This document shows positions 50,915 through 59,507 of a stretch of DNA of 64,000 nucleotides, piece after piece. Numbering within the stretch: position 1 is the stretch's first letter; each line of letters starts with the position of its first letter. The notes under the pieces are model-generated. The model was not told the origin of the DNA. It saw only the letters and a list, made by a program, of their open reading frames with translations, and made no database searches. The DNA lies in the IMG/VR virus record IMGVR_UViG_2595698595_000001, positions 64,001 through 128,000 of that record, one strand, 5' to 3'. Source of the stretch: a virus. Its lineage: Duplodnaviria > Caudoviricetes. The translations under genes were made by a program, and so were the position numbers.

Positions 50915-52672
50915 ATGTCTTTTAAATATACTAGGATTAATCCTGCACAAGCCCAGAAAAAATGGGGTGCTAAATTAAACGAATCTTTCGAGTCTATCAA
51001 AACTCTTCCAGGTTTTGCTAACAAGATGAATATGATTTCGAAACTTGCTGCTATTAAGGAACTTAATGACGGTGGAGTTAACAAGGGAGAACGTGCTCTT
51101 ATGGAGAACTATCAAATCTCTGGAACTGGTGATATTCTTGGAATGGGTCCATCTACATGGCCTTCTGATCCAGGTACTGCTCCAGGAAATGAAGAAGGTG
51201 CTTGGACTAAACCAACCTACAAAAAAGGTTCTGGTGATGTTCCTTCAATGATCTTCGGATTAGCGATGAACGTTGCTGCTTACACTGTAGGTTTCGATAT
51301 CGTTCACACTATTCCAGTTGATACTCCGACAGCAGCTTTCCAATTCTTGGATTCTATTTACGCTGGTGGTAAACTTAACGAAGCTGGAAATCCTCCTTCT
51401 TACATGAAAGTAAGTTCAGTTAAACTTCGTGCTGGATTCGATTACAGTACTTTGGTTAAAGGTGGTCATGTATTCTTCAAAACTAAAGGAGATGATACTG
51501 CAGTTCATGGTATTTTCATGGGTAAATCGTTCTTCGATGGTGGTTTAATGATCAAACTTGAATCTACTGGTACTATCGCTACTAACGTTTATACTAAAAC
51601 TGATGCTATCTCTGTAGCTGATGTATTTACTGACGCTGGTGTTGAAGTAATTCCTGGTTCTTCTGCTACTGCAGTTGATGGTACTGCTTTAGATATCGAA
51701 GTTGCACAAGCTGAATACGTTGAATCTTTCCGTGAACATGTACAAGGTTTCACTAACAGTGACCAAATTACTCCACGTTCTATGGATAGAGCAACAGGTG
51801 AGCAAGGAACTCGTTCAGTATTGAACTTACGTTTATGGTCAACTTCTTTGGAAATGCGTACAGTTGAAGTACTTGCTGATATCACTAAAACTCAGTTGAA
51901 AGACTTAAGTGCATATGGTATCGATGGTGTTGCTCAGTTGTACAAAGCTTCTCAAAACGAATTGATTCAGTCAATTAACGATGAGATCATAACTGAATTC
52001 ACTCGTTTAGGTGTTACTAACCACGCTCAATTATTCGCAGCTCAAAACTTGAACTTGAACTTATTTATCGCTCCTGCTGGAACAGCTAATAAGCCTTTGA
52101 CTCAGTTTAACTACGGAGAATTCAAAGACGTTCAAGGTGTTGATCGTGCAGCTGAATTTGGTAATATCATAAACGCTGAGAATAACTCTGCAGCAGAAAA
52201 TACTTACACTCGTCAACGTAGAATTTACTCTCGTTTATTAGCCGCTTCAGCTATTATCGGTACAATTTCTCGTTACGGTTCTGGTGATGTTGCGGTAGTT
52301 GGTCCACAAACAGCAGTTGCGTTACAAGATTCTAAATCTTTCACTGCAGTTCCAATGGAAAACAACTTAGGTTCAACAGCTGATTTACATTACATTGGTA
52401 ACGTAAATGGTATCCGTATCTATGTTAACCCTAAATGGTCATGGGATGATAAACGTATATCTGTTGGACGTCAAGGTCAAGACGATCAACCAGGTTTGAA
52501 ATTCTTTGCTTACGATTTAGCTAGCTCTGTAGAGGTTATCGATTCTTCTACTTACGCTCCTAAAATCTGTGTTACTTCACGTTTCGCAGTTCAAGCATGT
52601 GGTTTCCATCCTGAGGCTTCTTACTTAACTTTCGTTGTCAACTCCGATTTCGGTGGTGATACTTGGGTATAA
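50915..52672 (+). CDS. gp23: major capsid protein
   Basis: T4 gp23-like: KKW...LNES N-arm, P...P.A..F....Y, QLKDLSAYGID, NELIQSINDEII, G.VNG.RIYVNP, STYAPK....SRF. Confidence 0.9.
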   Translation: MSFKYTRINPAQAQKKWGAKLNESFESIKTLPGFANKMNMISKLAAIKELNDGGVNKGERALMENYQISGTGDILGMGPSTWPSDPGTAPGNEEGAWTKPTYKKGSGDVPSMIFGLAMNVAAYTVGFDIVHTIPVDTPTAAFQFLDSIYAGGKLNEAGNPPSYMKVSSVKLRAGFDYSTLVKGGHVFFKTKGDDTAVHGIFMGKSFFDGGLMIKLESTGTIATNVYTKTDAISVADVFTDAGVEVIPGSSATAVDGTALDIEVAQAEYVESFREHVQGFTNSDQITPRSMDRATGEQGTRSVLNLRLWSTSLEMRTVEVLADITKTQLKDLSAYGIDGVAQLYKASQNELIQSINDEIITEFTRLGVTNHAQLFAAQNLNLNLFIAPAGTANKPLTQFNYGEFKDVQGVDRAAEFGNIINAENNSAAENTYTRQRRIYSRLLAASAIIGTISRYGSGDVAVVGPQTAVALQDSKSFTAVPMENNLGSTADLHYIGNVNGIRIYVNPKWSWDDKRISVGRQGQDDQPGLKFFAYDLASSVEVIDSSTYAPKICVTSRFAVQACGFHPEASYLTFVVNSDFGGDTWV

Positions 52673-52692
52673 CGTAAGTTAACCTTATAACG

Positions 52693-52726
52693 AAAACCCT
52701 GTTACTATTAAGTAACAGGGTTTTTT
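52693..52726 (+). terminator. intrinsic terminator after MCP
   Basis: AAAACCCTGTTACT-ATTA-AGTAACAGGGTTTTTT. Confidence 0.85.
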
Positions 52727-52733
52727 AGTTTCT

Positions 52734-52768
52734 GTAACTGAAACTTTCTTTCATTTCGTAGTACTATA
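52734..52768 (+). promoter_or_regulatory. early-type promoter, 35-nt exact repeat of 54151-54185
   Basis: GTAACTGAAACTTTCTTTCATTTCGTAGTACTATA. Confidence 0.8.
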
Positions 52769-52791
52769 AATAAAAACAAATACTTTCAACT

Positions 52792-53070
52792 ATGGATAAG
52801 AAAATCATTGGAACTGTTAAGTCAGTTCAAGGAGAAACTTATAATATTCGTTTACGTAATGTATTAGATCGAACACAGTTATTACTTTCATATGAAATTG
52901 GAATAACCGCAAATGTAGTCTTGAATACATCTAAATTACCAGATTTGATACCAAGTGAATTAGATGTTCAAATGTATCTAATGTATTATAACGAACATAT
53001 AGATTATCATATTAGAAACAATCAACCTTCTTTGAATAAAGTAGAAATCTCATCATTAAAAATGATATAA
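52792..53070 (+). CDS. hypothetical early protein
   Basis: 92-aa ORF. Confidence 0.55.
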   Translation: MDKKIIGTVKSVQGETYNIRLRNVLDRTQLLLSYEIGITANVVLNTSKLPDLIPSELDVQMYLMYYNEHIDYHIRNNQPSLNKVEISSLKMI

Positions 53071-53106
53071 AAACTACATAAGTAGCAAACATAAAGAAAC
53101 AAAACA

Positions 53107-53646
53107 ATGAAACGTTTAAAAAATCTTAACATTATTGTAGCACAGACTAAGAATAATGTAATCGGAATTGGTAATAACTTACCATGGGCTATGGGTACTC
53201 AACGTATCGATATGAAAAATTTCAAACTTAGAACAACTGGAAACATTGTAATAATGGGTTACAAGACTTGGATGTCAATGGGTTCAAAACCTCTACCAAA
53301 TCGTATGAACATAGTTCTAACTTCTAAAAATATAGAAGACCAACCTGGAGTTTTCTTCGAGAATCCTAGCTGTTTAGATACATTCTTAGAGGATTTATGT
53401 CATGTAAATTCAGAATCTCAGATATTCATCATAGGTGGTGCTAATCTTATCAAACAAGTCAATCATTTAGTTACTAACGTTTATCTGACAATCATTGATA
53501 CTGAAGTCGAAGAATCGGAAGAAAACGTTATACTGAATACTTACGAGGATTTAGGTCTAATAGAATCAAAAGAAGTTCATACTTCAGAATATCCTTCTGA
53601 TGAACATAATCATTTTAAATCTACTTTCCACACTTTCACTTTCTAG
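53107..53646 (+). CDS. frd: dihydrofolate reductase
   Basis: IIVA...NVIG..NNLPW...DMKNFK..T.G..VIMG.KTW.S....LPNR.NIVLT...FIIGGA. Confidence 0.95.
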   Translation: MKRLKNLNIIVAQTKNNVIGIGNNLPWAMGTQRIDMKNFKLRTTGNIVIMGYKTWMSMGSKPLPNRMNIVLTSKNIEDQPGVFFENPSCLDTFLEDLCHVNSESQIFIIGGANLIKQVNHLVTNVYLTIIDTEVEESEENVILNTYEDLGLIESKEVHTSEYPSDEHNHFKSTFHTFTF

Positions 53647-53649
53647 AAC

Positions 53650-53898
53650 ATGAGACCACAATTAGAAATCGATGAATTAATAGAACAGTTAAAAGACTTA
53701 ACTGTAAGACGTTCTGATCAAGAAGAAATAGATGCTATTCTTAACGTTCTTGAAAATGATTTAAGTTATGACGAAATCGAAAGTTTATATTTCGATGAAA
53801 ATGTAACAGATGTTGAACAACAGGCTAATAAAGCTCGTGAGTTTATGGATGGAGGTCTTGAAGCTGATGAAATCATGAATTATTATATCGGATATTAA
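53650..53898 (+). CDS. small acidic hypothetical protein
   Basis: 82 aa, strongly acidic. Confidence 0.55.
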   Translation: MRPQLEIDELIEQLKDLTVRRSDQEEIDAILNVLENDLSYDEIESLYFDENVTDVEQQANKAREFMDGGLEADEIMNYYIGY

Positions 53899-53899
53899 T

Positions 53900-54154
53900 A
53901 TGCTACATGATGATATTTTCGTTACATGTCTAATAATTTTCACTTCGATTTTATCGACTGTAATGATAATCAATACTTTCAAAGCTAAACGTAAACCTGA
54001 AAAGACTTTAAAGGAAGAATCTGAAGATTTAGTTAAAAGCTACAATAATCTACTAGAACGTGTCGAGGATTTAGAAATTAGAATCAAAGCTCATAACTTA
54101 AAAGTTGGAGCTCTTAAACGTGATCGTGACATATTGTTAAGTAAATACAAGTAA
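53900..54154 (+). CDS. small membrane-anchored coiled-coil protein
   Basis: N-terminal TM segment then coiled coil. Confidence 0.5.
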   Translation: MLHDDIFVTCLIIFTSILSTVMIINTFKAKRKPEKTLKEESEDLVKSYNNLLERVEDLEIRIKAHNLKVGALKRDRDILLSKYK

Positions 54155-54185
54155 CTGAAACTTTCTTTCATTTCGTAGTACTATA
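54151..54185 (+). promoter_or_regulatory. early-type promoter
   Basis: Identical to 52734-52768. Confidence 0.8.
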
Positions 54186-54219
54186 TACTTAATAAATCAT
54201 ACATTAAACTTTGTCAATT

Positions 54220-54432
54220 ATGCTAAACTTCATCAACTCAAAAATAGGTGTTATCTCAATGGTTTTGGGATTCATTTTCGTAGCTTTAGGTGTAAATCGT
54301 GGATTTCTAGATCATGAGGATATTTCTATCATGTACTGGTTAATCGGTTCAATGCTTTCAATTTACGTTCTGATCTGGTTGTTTATATCAGTGATAGTTT
54401 ATGGATTCGTTAAGAAGTTAGGAAGATGGTAG
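54220..54432 (+). CDS. small two-TM membrane protein
   Basis: Two hydrophobic segments. Confidence 0.5.
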   Translation: MLNFINSKIGVISMVLGFIFVALGVNRGFLDHEDISIMYWLIGSMLSIYVLIWLFISVIVYGFVKKLGRW

Positions 54433-54884
54433 GCTATGTATTTTTATTCGGAAGTGTTTTAATTCTTTCATTGTATCTGATATTCAGAAATAATGGTTCT
54501 ATCGAATACGTAAAAATCAATTACGATTATTCAGAATTGATAAAGTTATTGAAAGAAACTTTTAGGATAGATTTCGAATCTGAACATTACTTTATCGAAA
54601 CTAAGATTTACAAGAATACTAACGATTCTGATGTTATCGAAATCAATAAATGTTCTTTACGTAATACATCTTACAAGTACAAACAAATTCTTTTTGATGT
54701 TAAATCAGGTACAGGTAGATACGATGATCTTTCAGCTGACGCAGGTGATTTCGATCCTTCATGTTACATAGTTTTAAGACATGGTAAGATATTCGAATAT
54801 AAAACAGGTTTCCGTAGAAACGATTATCATTTAATGCATGAAAATACTGCTAAAATCATAAAAGATAGATTAGTAAAGAAATAG
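54426..54884 (+). CDS. membrane-anchored hypothetical protein
   Basis: N-terminal hydrophobic segment. Confidence 0.5.
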   Translation: MVGYVFLFGSVLILSLYLIFRNNGSIEYVKINYDYSELIKLLKETFRIDFESEHYFIETKIYKNTNDSDVIEINKCSLRNTSYKYKQILFDVKSGTGRYDDLSADAGDFDPSCYIVLRHGKIFEYKTGFRRNDYHLMHENTAKIIKDRLVKK

Positions 54885-54916
54885 ATTTCCATTTCATATT
54901 TATACTTTAATTTGGT

Positions 54917-54962
54917 AAACCGATTTGAACATGTTCAAATCGGTTTCGTTTTTATATACATA
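54917..54962 (+). terminator. perfect 30-bp palindrome terminator plus late promoter (54955-54962)
   Basis: AAACCGATTTGAACA|TGTTCAAATCGGTTT then T tract and TATACATA. Confidence 0.75.
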
Positions 54963-54986
54963 TTCCTAATAACTTAGGAATTAACT

Positions 54987-56267
54987 ATGAAACAATTTAC
55001 GTTGCAGGAGCAATCAATGCTTGATTTACATAACTTAGGTCATTCGGTTTCAGAAATAGCTGATATCATTTTTGAAACTGACAATAACGAAAAATTCACT
55101 CGAGATCAGTTACGTAGAAAAATTCGAAGAATACTAAAAGTACATAAAACTTCTCTAAACTCCGAAAAAGAAAACTTAAATCGTTTCAAGTCTGAAAATC
55201 CAGACATATACGAAGCGTTACTTGAAGAATGTGAAACTGCCGGACTAGATATAAATCTTGTCAATCATTTCTGGTATAAGTCAGAAAACTTCTCGATTAA
55301 CATGTCATCAGCTAGGAAAACTAATGACGAAATTCTCAAAGACTTTATAAGTTCAGTTTCTAAAATCGTTAAGAACATTAAAGCTGAAGCTGATACTTCA
55401 GTTTGGGATAACGTTTACAAAGCTAAAACTTTTCAGTTAGAATCGTATTCTGATGAGAAATCTGGTAAGTTATTAGTACCTTCGATATTCGATTTACATC
55501 TTGGTAAACTTGCTGATTTCGATGAAACTGGTGAGGAATACAACTACAAAATAGCTATTGAACGTTTCAATAACGCTATTGATGATTTAATACAAAAGAC
55601 TATTTCTTTTAATCCTGAAAGAATACTATTTCCAGTAGGTAACGATTTATTCAATTCTGATAAAGCTTTCCCATATTCTCAAACTACTGCTGGAACCCCA
55701 CAACATGATGATTTACGATGGCAAAAGATGTTTGTTCTAGGAAGACAATTAATATCGAATGCGATAACAAAACTTTCTGTAATAGCACCCGTTGATGTCG
55801 TTACTGTATTTTCTAATCATGATCATGAAAGGGTATTTTATCTAGGTGATGTTTTAGAAGCTGTATTTAGTAATAACGAAAGAGTAACTGTAGATAACTC
55901 TCCAAAGGGTAGAAAATACTATCAATGGGGTAAATGCATGATAGGTTTAGCACATGGTCATAATGAAGCTGTAGATAGACTACCACTTCTAATGGCTCAA
56001 GAACAACCTAAAATGTGGGCTGAGACTTATTATCGTGAGTGGTTATTGGGACATTTACATCATAAGAAAAAGTATATGACGGAACAAACTAAAGATTACA
56101 ATGGTGTAATAGTTACGTTTCTATCATCATTAAGTGCTACTGATGCTTGGCATTATTCTAAAGCATTTTCAGGTTCTATTAAATCAGCTGAAGCTTTCGT
56201 TTACGATAAGATACATGGACATGTTGGTACAGCAGTTCATAGCATTTATAACGAAATGACAGCTTAA
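54987..56267 (+). CDS. calcineurin-like phosphoesterase with N-terminal HTH-like region
   Basis: DLHLG, GNDLFNSD, SNHD, HGH, GHLHH. Confidence 0.8.
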   Translation: MKQFTLQEQSMLDLHNLGHSVSEIADIIFETDNNEKFTRDQLRRKIRRILKVHKTSLNSEKENLNRFKSENPDIYEALLEECETAGLDINLVNHFWYKSENFSINMSSARKTNDEILKDFISSVSKIVKNIKAEADTSVWDNVYKAKTFQLESYSDEKSGKLLVPSIFDLHLGKLADFDETGEEYNYKIAIERFNNAIDDLIQKTISFNPERILFPVGNDLFNSDKAFPYSQTTAGTPQHDDLRWQKMFVLGRQLISNAITKLSVIAPVDVVTVFSNHDHERVFYLGDVLEAVFSNNERVTVDNSPKGRKYYQWGKCMIGLAHGHNEAVDRLPLLMAQEQPKMWAETYYREWLLGHLHHKKKYMTEQTKDYNGVIVTFLSSLSATDAWHYSKAFSGSIKSAEAFVYDKIHGHVGTAVHSIYNEMTA

Positions 56268-56294
56268 TAATACATATTCTTAAATATCTTAAAA

Positions 56295-56537
56295 ATGAAA
56301 ACGTTAACACAATTATACGAAGCTGAAGAAATTCCAGCAAAAAGAAAATTCTTTGTAAGTCAAAGAGGTGTTGCTGACTTTAAGAAAGATTTGAAGATGA
56401 ACGGTATGAAATATGAAGAACTTAAAGGTAACAATTTCATACTTGATAATTCAAATCCTGGTAAGGTAAACATGGCTGTAAAAATGGTAAGGGAACGTGT
56501 AGGTTCTCAAAATATCAAAGAAAAATTCGATTTTTAA
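56295..56537 (+). CDS. leader-tagged small basic protein
   Basis: MKTLTQLYEA; AATACATA at 56269. Confidence 0.65.
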   Translation: MKTLTQLYEAEEIPAKRKFFVSQRGVADFKKDLKMNGMKYEELKGNNFILDNSNPGKVNMAVKMVRERVGSQNIKEKFDF

Positions 56538-56539
56538 TC

Positions 56540-56881
56540 ATGCCAGTCTGGTTAAAGGAACAACCCAATAACTTACAGATACTTCATTCAGAACTATTAG
56601 ACAACTACGTTCAGTCATGGATTGAACGTAGTTTTCAAATCATTCCACCACATTCTATGGATACGAATTACATTACATGGAAATGTTTCGGATGTTCTAA
56701 ACCATTATCTGTAAAATTCGATTCAGTAAATCATAAAGATTTCTGTTGTAAGAATTGTAAACATTTTGCAGTAGGTAAACCTAATGCTATAATGTTACGT
56801 TTTATGTGGTCGTTTAATATGCACATACAATCAAGAATCATAAACAATTCAGCTAATTTGTCTGAATTACTAGAACAATAA
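56540..56881 (+). CDS. putative zinc-ribbon protein
   Basis: CFGC...CKNC. Confidence 0.5.
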   Translation: MPVWLKEQPNNLQILHSELLDNYVQSWIERSFQIIPPHSMDTNYITWKCFGCSKPLSVKFDSVNHKDFCCKNCKHFAVGKPNAIMLRFMWSFNMHIQSRIINNSANLSELLEQ

Positions 56882-56883
56882 AA

Positions 56884-57069
56884 ATGAAAACATTAAAGTC
56901 AATGTTCGAGTCAATCATCAAGGATGATATGTCTCCGATATATGATAAAGCTAAAGACAAATCATATAACAAGAAAACAAATGACAATTCTGAAATGTCA
57001 CCAACTTATGACAAAGTTAAAGCTGGTAAGAACAAATCAGACGATTACGAAATGTCACCAACTAAATAA
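56884..57069 (+). CDS. leader-tagged 61-aa repeat peptide
   Basis: MKTLKSMFES plus three MSP(I/T) repeats. Confidence 0.6.
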   Translation: MKTLKSMFESIIKDDMSPIYDKAKDKSYNKKTNDNSEMSPTYDKVKAGKNKSDDYEMSPTK

Positions 57070-57073
57070 GAAC

Positions 57074-57112
57074 AAGCCTCATATGAAAACATGTGAGGCT
57101 TTTTAGTATAAT
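57074..57112 (+). terminator. terminator overlapping an early-type -10 element
   Basis: AAGCCTCATATG-AAAA-CATGTGAGGCTT then TTTAGTATAAT. Confidence 0.7.
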
Positions 57113-57147
57113 ATTTCTTTAAAGAATATTCATTAAAACAAAGAAAA

Positions 57148-57828
57148 ATGAAAATCGTATCCTATGACATCGAAACAACGGGTGTCAGTAAACAAAATGA
57201 CAATCAAATTCTAGAACTTGGATTTGTATTGTTCGACACTGATTCTAAAGAAAGACCAACTTTAGAAAACTGTCCAACTTTGAATCTTCGTATCATTCAT
57301 CATTTCATTTCTGGTAACCCATTCGCTTTGAATATGAATAAGCAACTTATCGAAGACTTATCATTCTATTTGAATAATGCTAACAGATTCAAGAAATCAC
57401 CTGAAACGTTTACAGAAGAAGAATACAAAATCATGGATTTGTATGTCGAATTAGAAGGTGTTCATGAAATCGTAGCAACTTGGCTTAAAGCTAATGGAGC
57501 CTATCATGAAGGTGAAAGATCGTTCAATATAGCTGGAAAGAATTTAGCTGGATTCGATATTCCATTCTCTGAAAATACTATTCCTGGATGGAACGATTTT
57601 ATAAGAGCTAAACGTAGGACAATTGATCCAGCTGTTTTCTATGTATTACCTACTGACACTTGTGTACCAAATCTTGAAGAATGTAAGAAACGTTCAGGAT
57701 TATTCGAGGATAATGTAGTTACACATAACGCAGTTGAAGACGCTTTAGATGTTGCTGTATTGGTTCATAATCAATTCAATGTAATGTACGACTTATCAGA
57801 AGGTTCGTATACCACTACAAGAAAATAA
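57148..57828 (+). CDS. DnaQ-like (DEDDh) 3'-5' exonuclease
   Basis: YDIETTG, GKNLAGFDIPF, IDP, HNAVEDA. Confidence 0.85.
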   Translation: MKIVSYDIETTGVSKQNDNQILELGFVLFDTDSKERPTLENCPTLNLRIIHHFISGNPFALNMNKQLIEDLSFYLNNANRFKKSPETFTEEEYKIMDLYVELEGVHEIVATWLKANGAYHEGERSFNIAGKNLAGFDIPFSENTIPGWNDFIRAKRRTIDPAVFYVLPTDTCVPNLEECKKRSGLFEDNVVTHNAVEDALDVAVLVHNQFNVMYDLSEGSYTTTRK

Positions 57829-57834
57829 CAACCT

Positions 57835-57875
57835 ATCATGTTTCGTGAGAGTATACATATCTCATGAAACATGAT
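57835..57875 (+). promoter_or_regulatory. hairpin with late promoter in the loop and the resolvase ATG in the stem
   Basis: ATCATGTTTCGTGAGA-GTATACATA-TCTCATGAAACATGAT. Confidence 0.75.
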
Positions 57876-58559
57876 TTAACCAGACATATTGGAATCATCG
57901 GTATCGATGCTTCTTATAATTCAAGTGGAATTTGTATTCGTTTCTTCGATAAGAACAAGAAAGAACAATTTCACTTATATCGTTTATTTCCCGATTACGA
58001 TAAAAAGAAAAACTCAGTACATATCAAATGTCTGACATATCCTAAAGTATATACAGAAACTAAAGATTTTGAAATCGATGATTTAGGTAAGATCGAAAAC
58101 TGTAAACGTATTACATTAACTATCAAGAATCTAATGGATAGATATGAAAAAGAATTCGATATCAAAGCTTGGGATATTAGATTTGAAGGTAACGTAATGA
58201 ATTCATTCGGTGGTGGTTTACTTAGAATAGTTGATATGGTGAACTTAACTGGTATTCTAAAAGCTAATCTTATCAATAAGAAATCAGTTGGTTCTGTTTA
58301 CGCTATTCTAGAACTTAAGAAATTGTTCTGTGGTCGTGCTAGACCAGCTACAATTAAATGTCCTAAAACTGGAAAACGTAAACCTTCTGAAGATTCTAAA
58401 ATGATGATGATAAATAAGTTCTTAACTATTTATCCAGATTTCGATACTACTGGAAAAATCGATGACGTTATTGACGCTTACGCTTTATCTACAGTACCAT
58501 TGAAACATTCAGAAGATAAACTTAGAAAACTAACCGAATACATTAAATCTTTAGAATGA
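57864..58559 (+). CDS. RuvC-like Holliday junction resolvase
   Basis: IIGIDASYNSSGI, FEG, ELKKLFCG, K..M, DDVIDAYAL. Confidence 0.75.
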   Translation: MKHDLTRHIGIIGIDASYNSSGICIRFFDKNKKEQFHLYRLFPDYDKKKNSVHIKCLTYPKVYTETKDFEIDDLGKIENCKRITLTIKNLMDRYEKEFDIKAWDIRFEGNVMNSFGGGLLRIVDMVNLTGILKANLINKKSVGSVYAILELKKLFCGRARPATIKCPKTGKRKPSEDSKMMMINKFLTIYPDFDTTGKIDDVIDAYALSTVPLKHSEDKLRKLTEYIKSLE

Positions 58560-59482
58560 TGATTAATAGGAGAATAGCAATAGTAGTCCCATTCTGGAAT
58601 CTATCAGAAACGAGGTATAAAGCCTTGCAAATCTGTTGGGCAAACTTAGAGAATCTTAAGAAATCGTTTGACAAATCTAAATTCGATTCAGAACTTGACA
58701 TATTCAATTTTAACTTGTCTTCAACTAAAGAAAATGAAGCCAACGGTCTAAGAATAGATTCAACGATAGATTTAGTAGTTGATAAAGTATCTACCAGTTT
58801 TGATAAATCTATACGAATAAACGAAATGATAATGTATATCAAAAATCTTGGATATGATTTCGTAATGATGATGGATTCTGACATACTGATAGACCGTAAT
58901 TCGTATTCTAAGCTTTTCAAAATATTCAATACTTCAAACGTTAACGAACTTTATAAATTTAACATGGTAAGAACGTCTGAAAAAATTTACAAAGAATTCG
59001 ATAAAAATGGATTATTCTTACATGACTCGTATAAAGATAGTAAAGATATTTGTTTATGTTTAAATTCTGAAAATAAGAAAACTAGATATATAACAGGTAT
59101 TGACGGAGACATTTTTTTCAATATAGATAGATTTATCAAAGCTGGTGGATATAACGAGAATTTTAAGGTATGGGGGTTTGAAGATTGCGAATTTGTAAAA
59201 AGATTTAAATCTGATATCGATAATAAGGTAAGGAATTCGATGATTACTATTGCACATCTTTGGCATGTTACGCATACTTCGACAGCACCAGTCGAAGAAA
59301 ATGAATATGCTAAACTACAGGTAAGGTATTTTAGAAACGTTGAAAAGTTTATGAAAAAGAACAAAGGATCGAAAATCATTTATTCAGCATTTAATTCTGA
59401 TATCGTACCGACTATAGAATTTAAACATTCAATATCAAATTCAAGATACAAAATTTCTTCGTATCTATCATTAAACATCTAA
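58556..59482 (+). CDS. GT-A fold glycosyltransferase (GT2/GT7-like C-terminus)
   Basis: IVVPF, DSD motif, AGGYNENFKVWGFEDCEF..R, HLWH. Confidence 0.85.
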   Translation: MMINRRIAIVVPFWNLSETRYKALQICWANLENLKKSFDKSKFDSELDIFNFNLSSTKENEANGLRIDSTIDLVVDKVSTSFDKSIRINEMIMYIKNLGYDFVMMMDSDILIDRNSYSKLFKIFNTSNVNELYKFNMVRTSEKIYKEFDKNGLFLHDSYKDSKDICLCLNSENKKTRYITGIDGDIFFNIDRFIKAGGYNENFKVWGFEDCEFVKRFKSDIDNKVRNSMITIAHLWHVTHTSTAPVEENEYAKLQVRYFRNVEKFMKKNKGSKIIYSAFNSDIVPTIEFKHSISNSRYKISSYLSLNI

Positions 59483-59507
59483 CAAAGTTTTAGTATAATA
59501 TCTTTAT

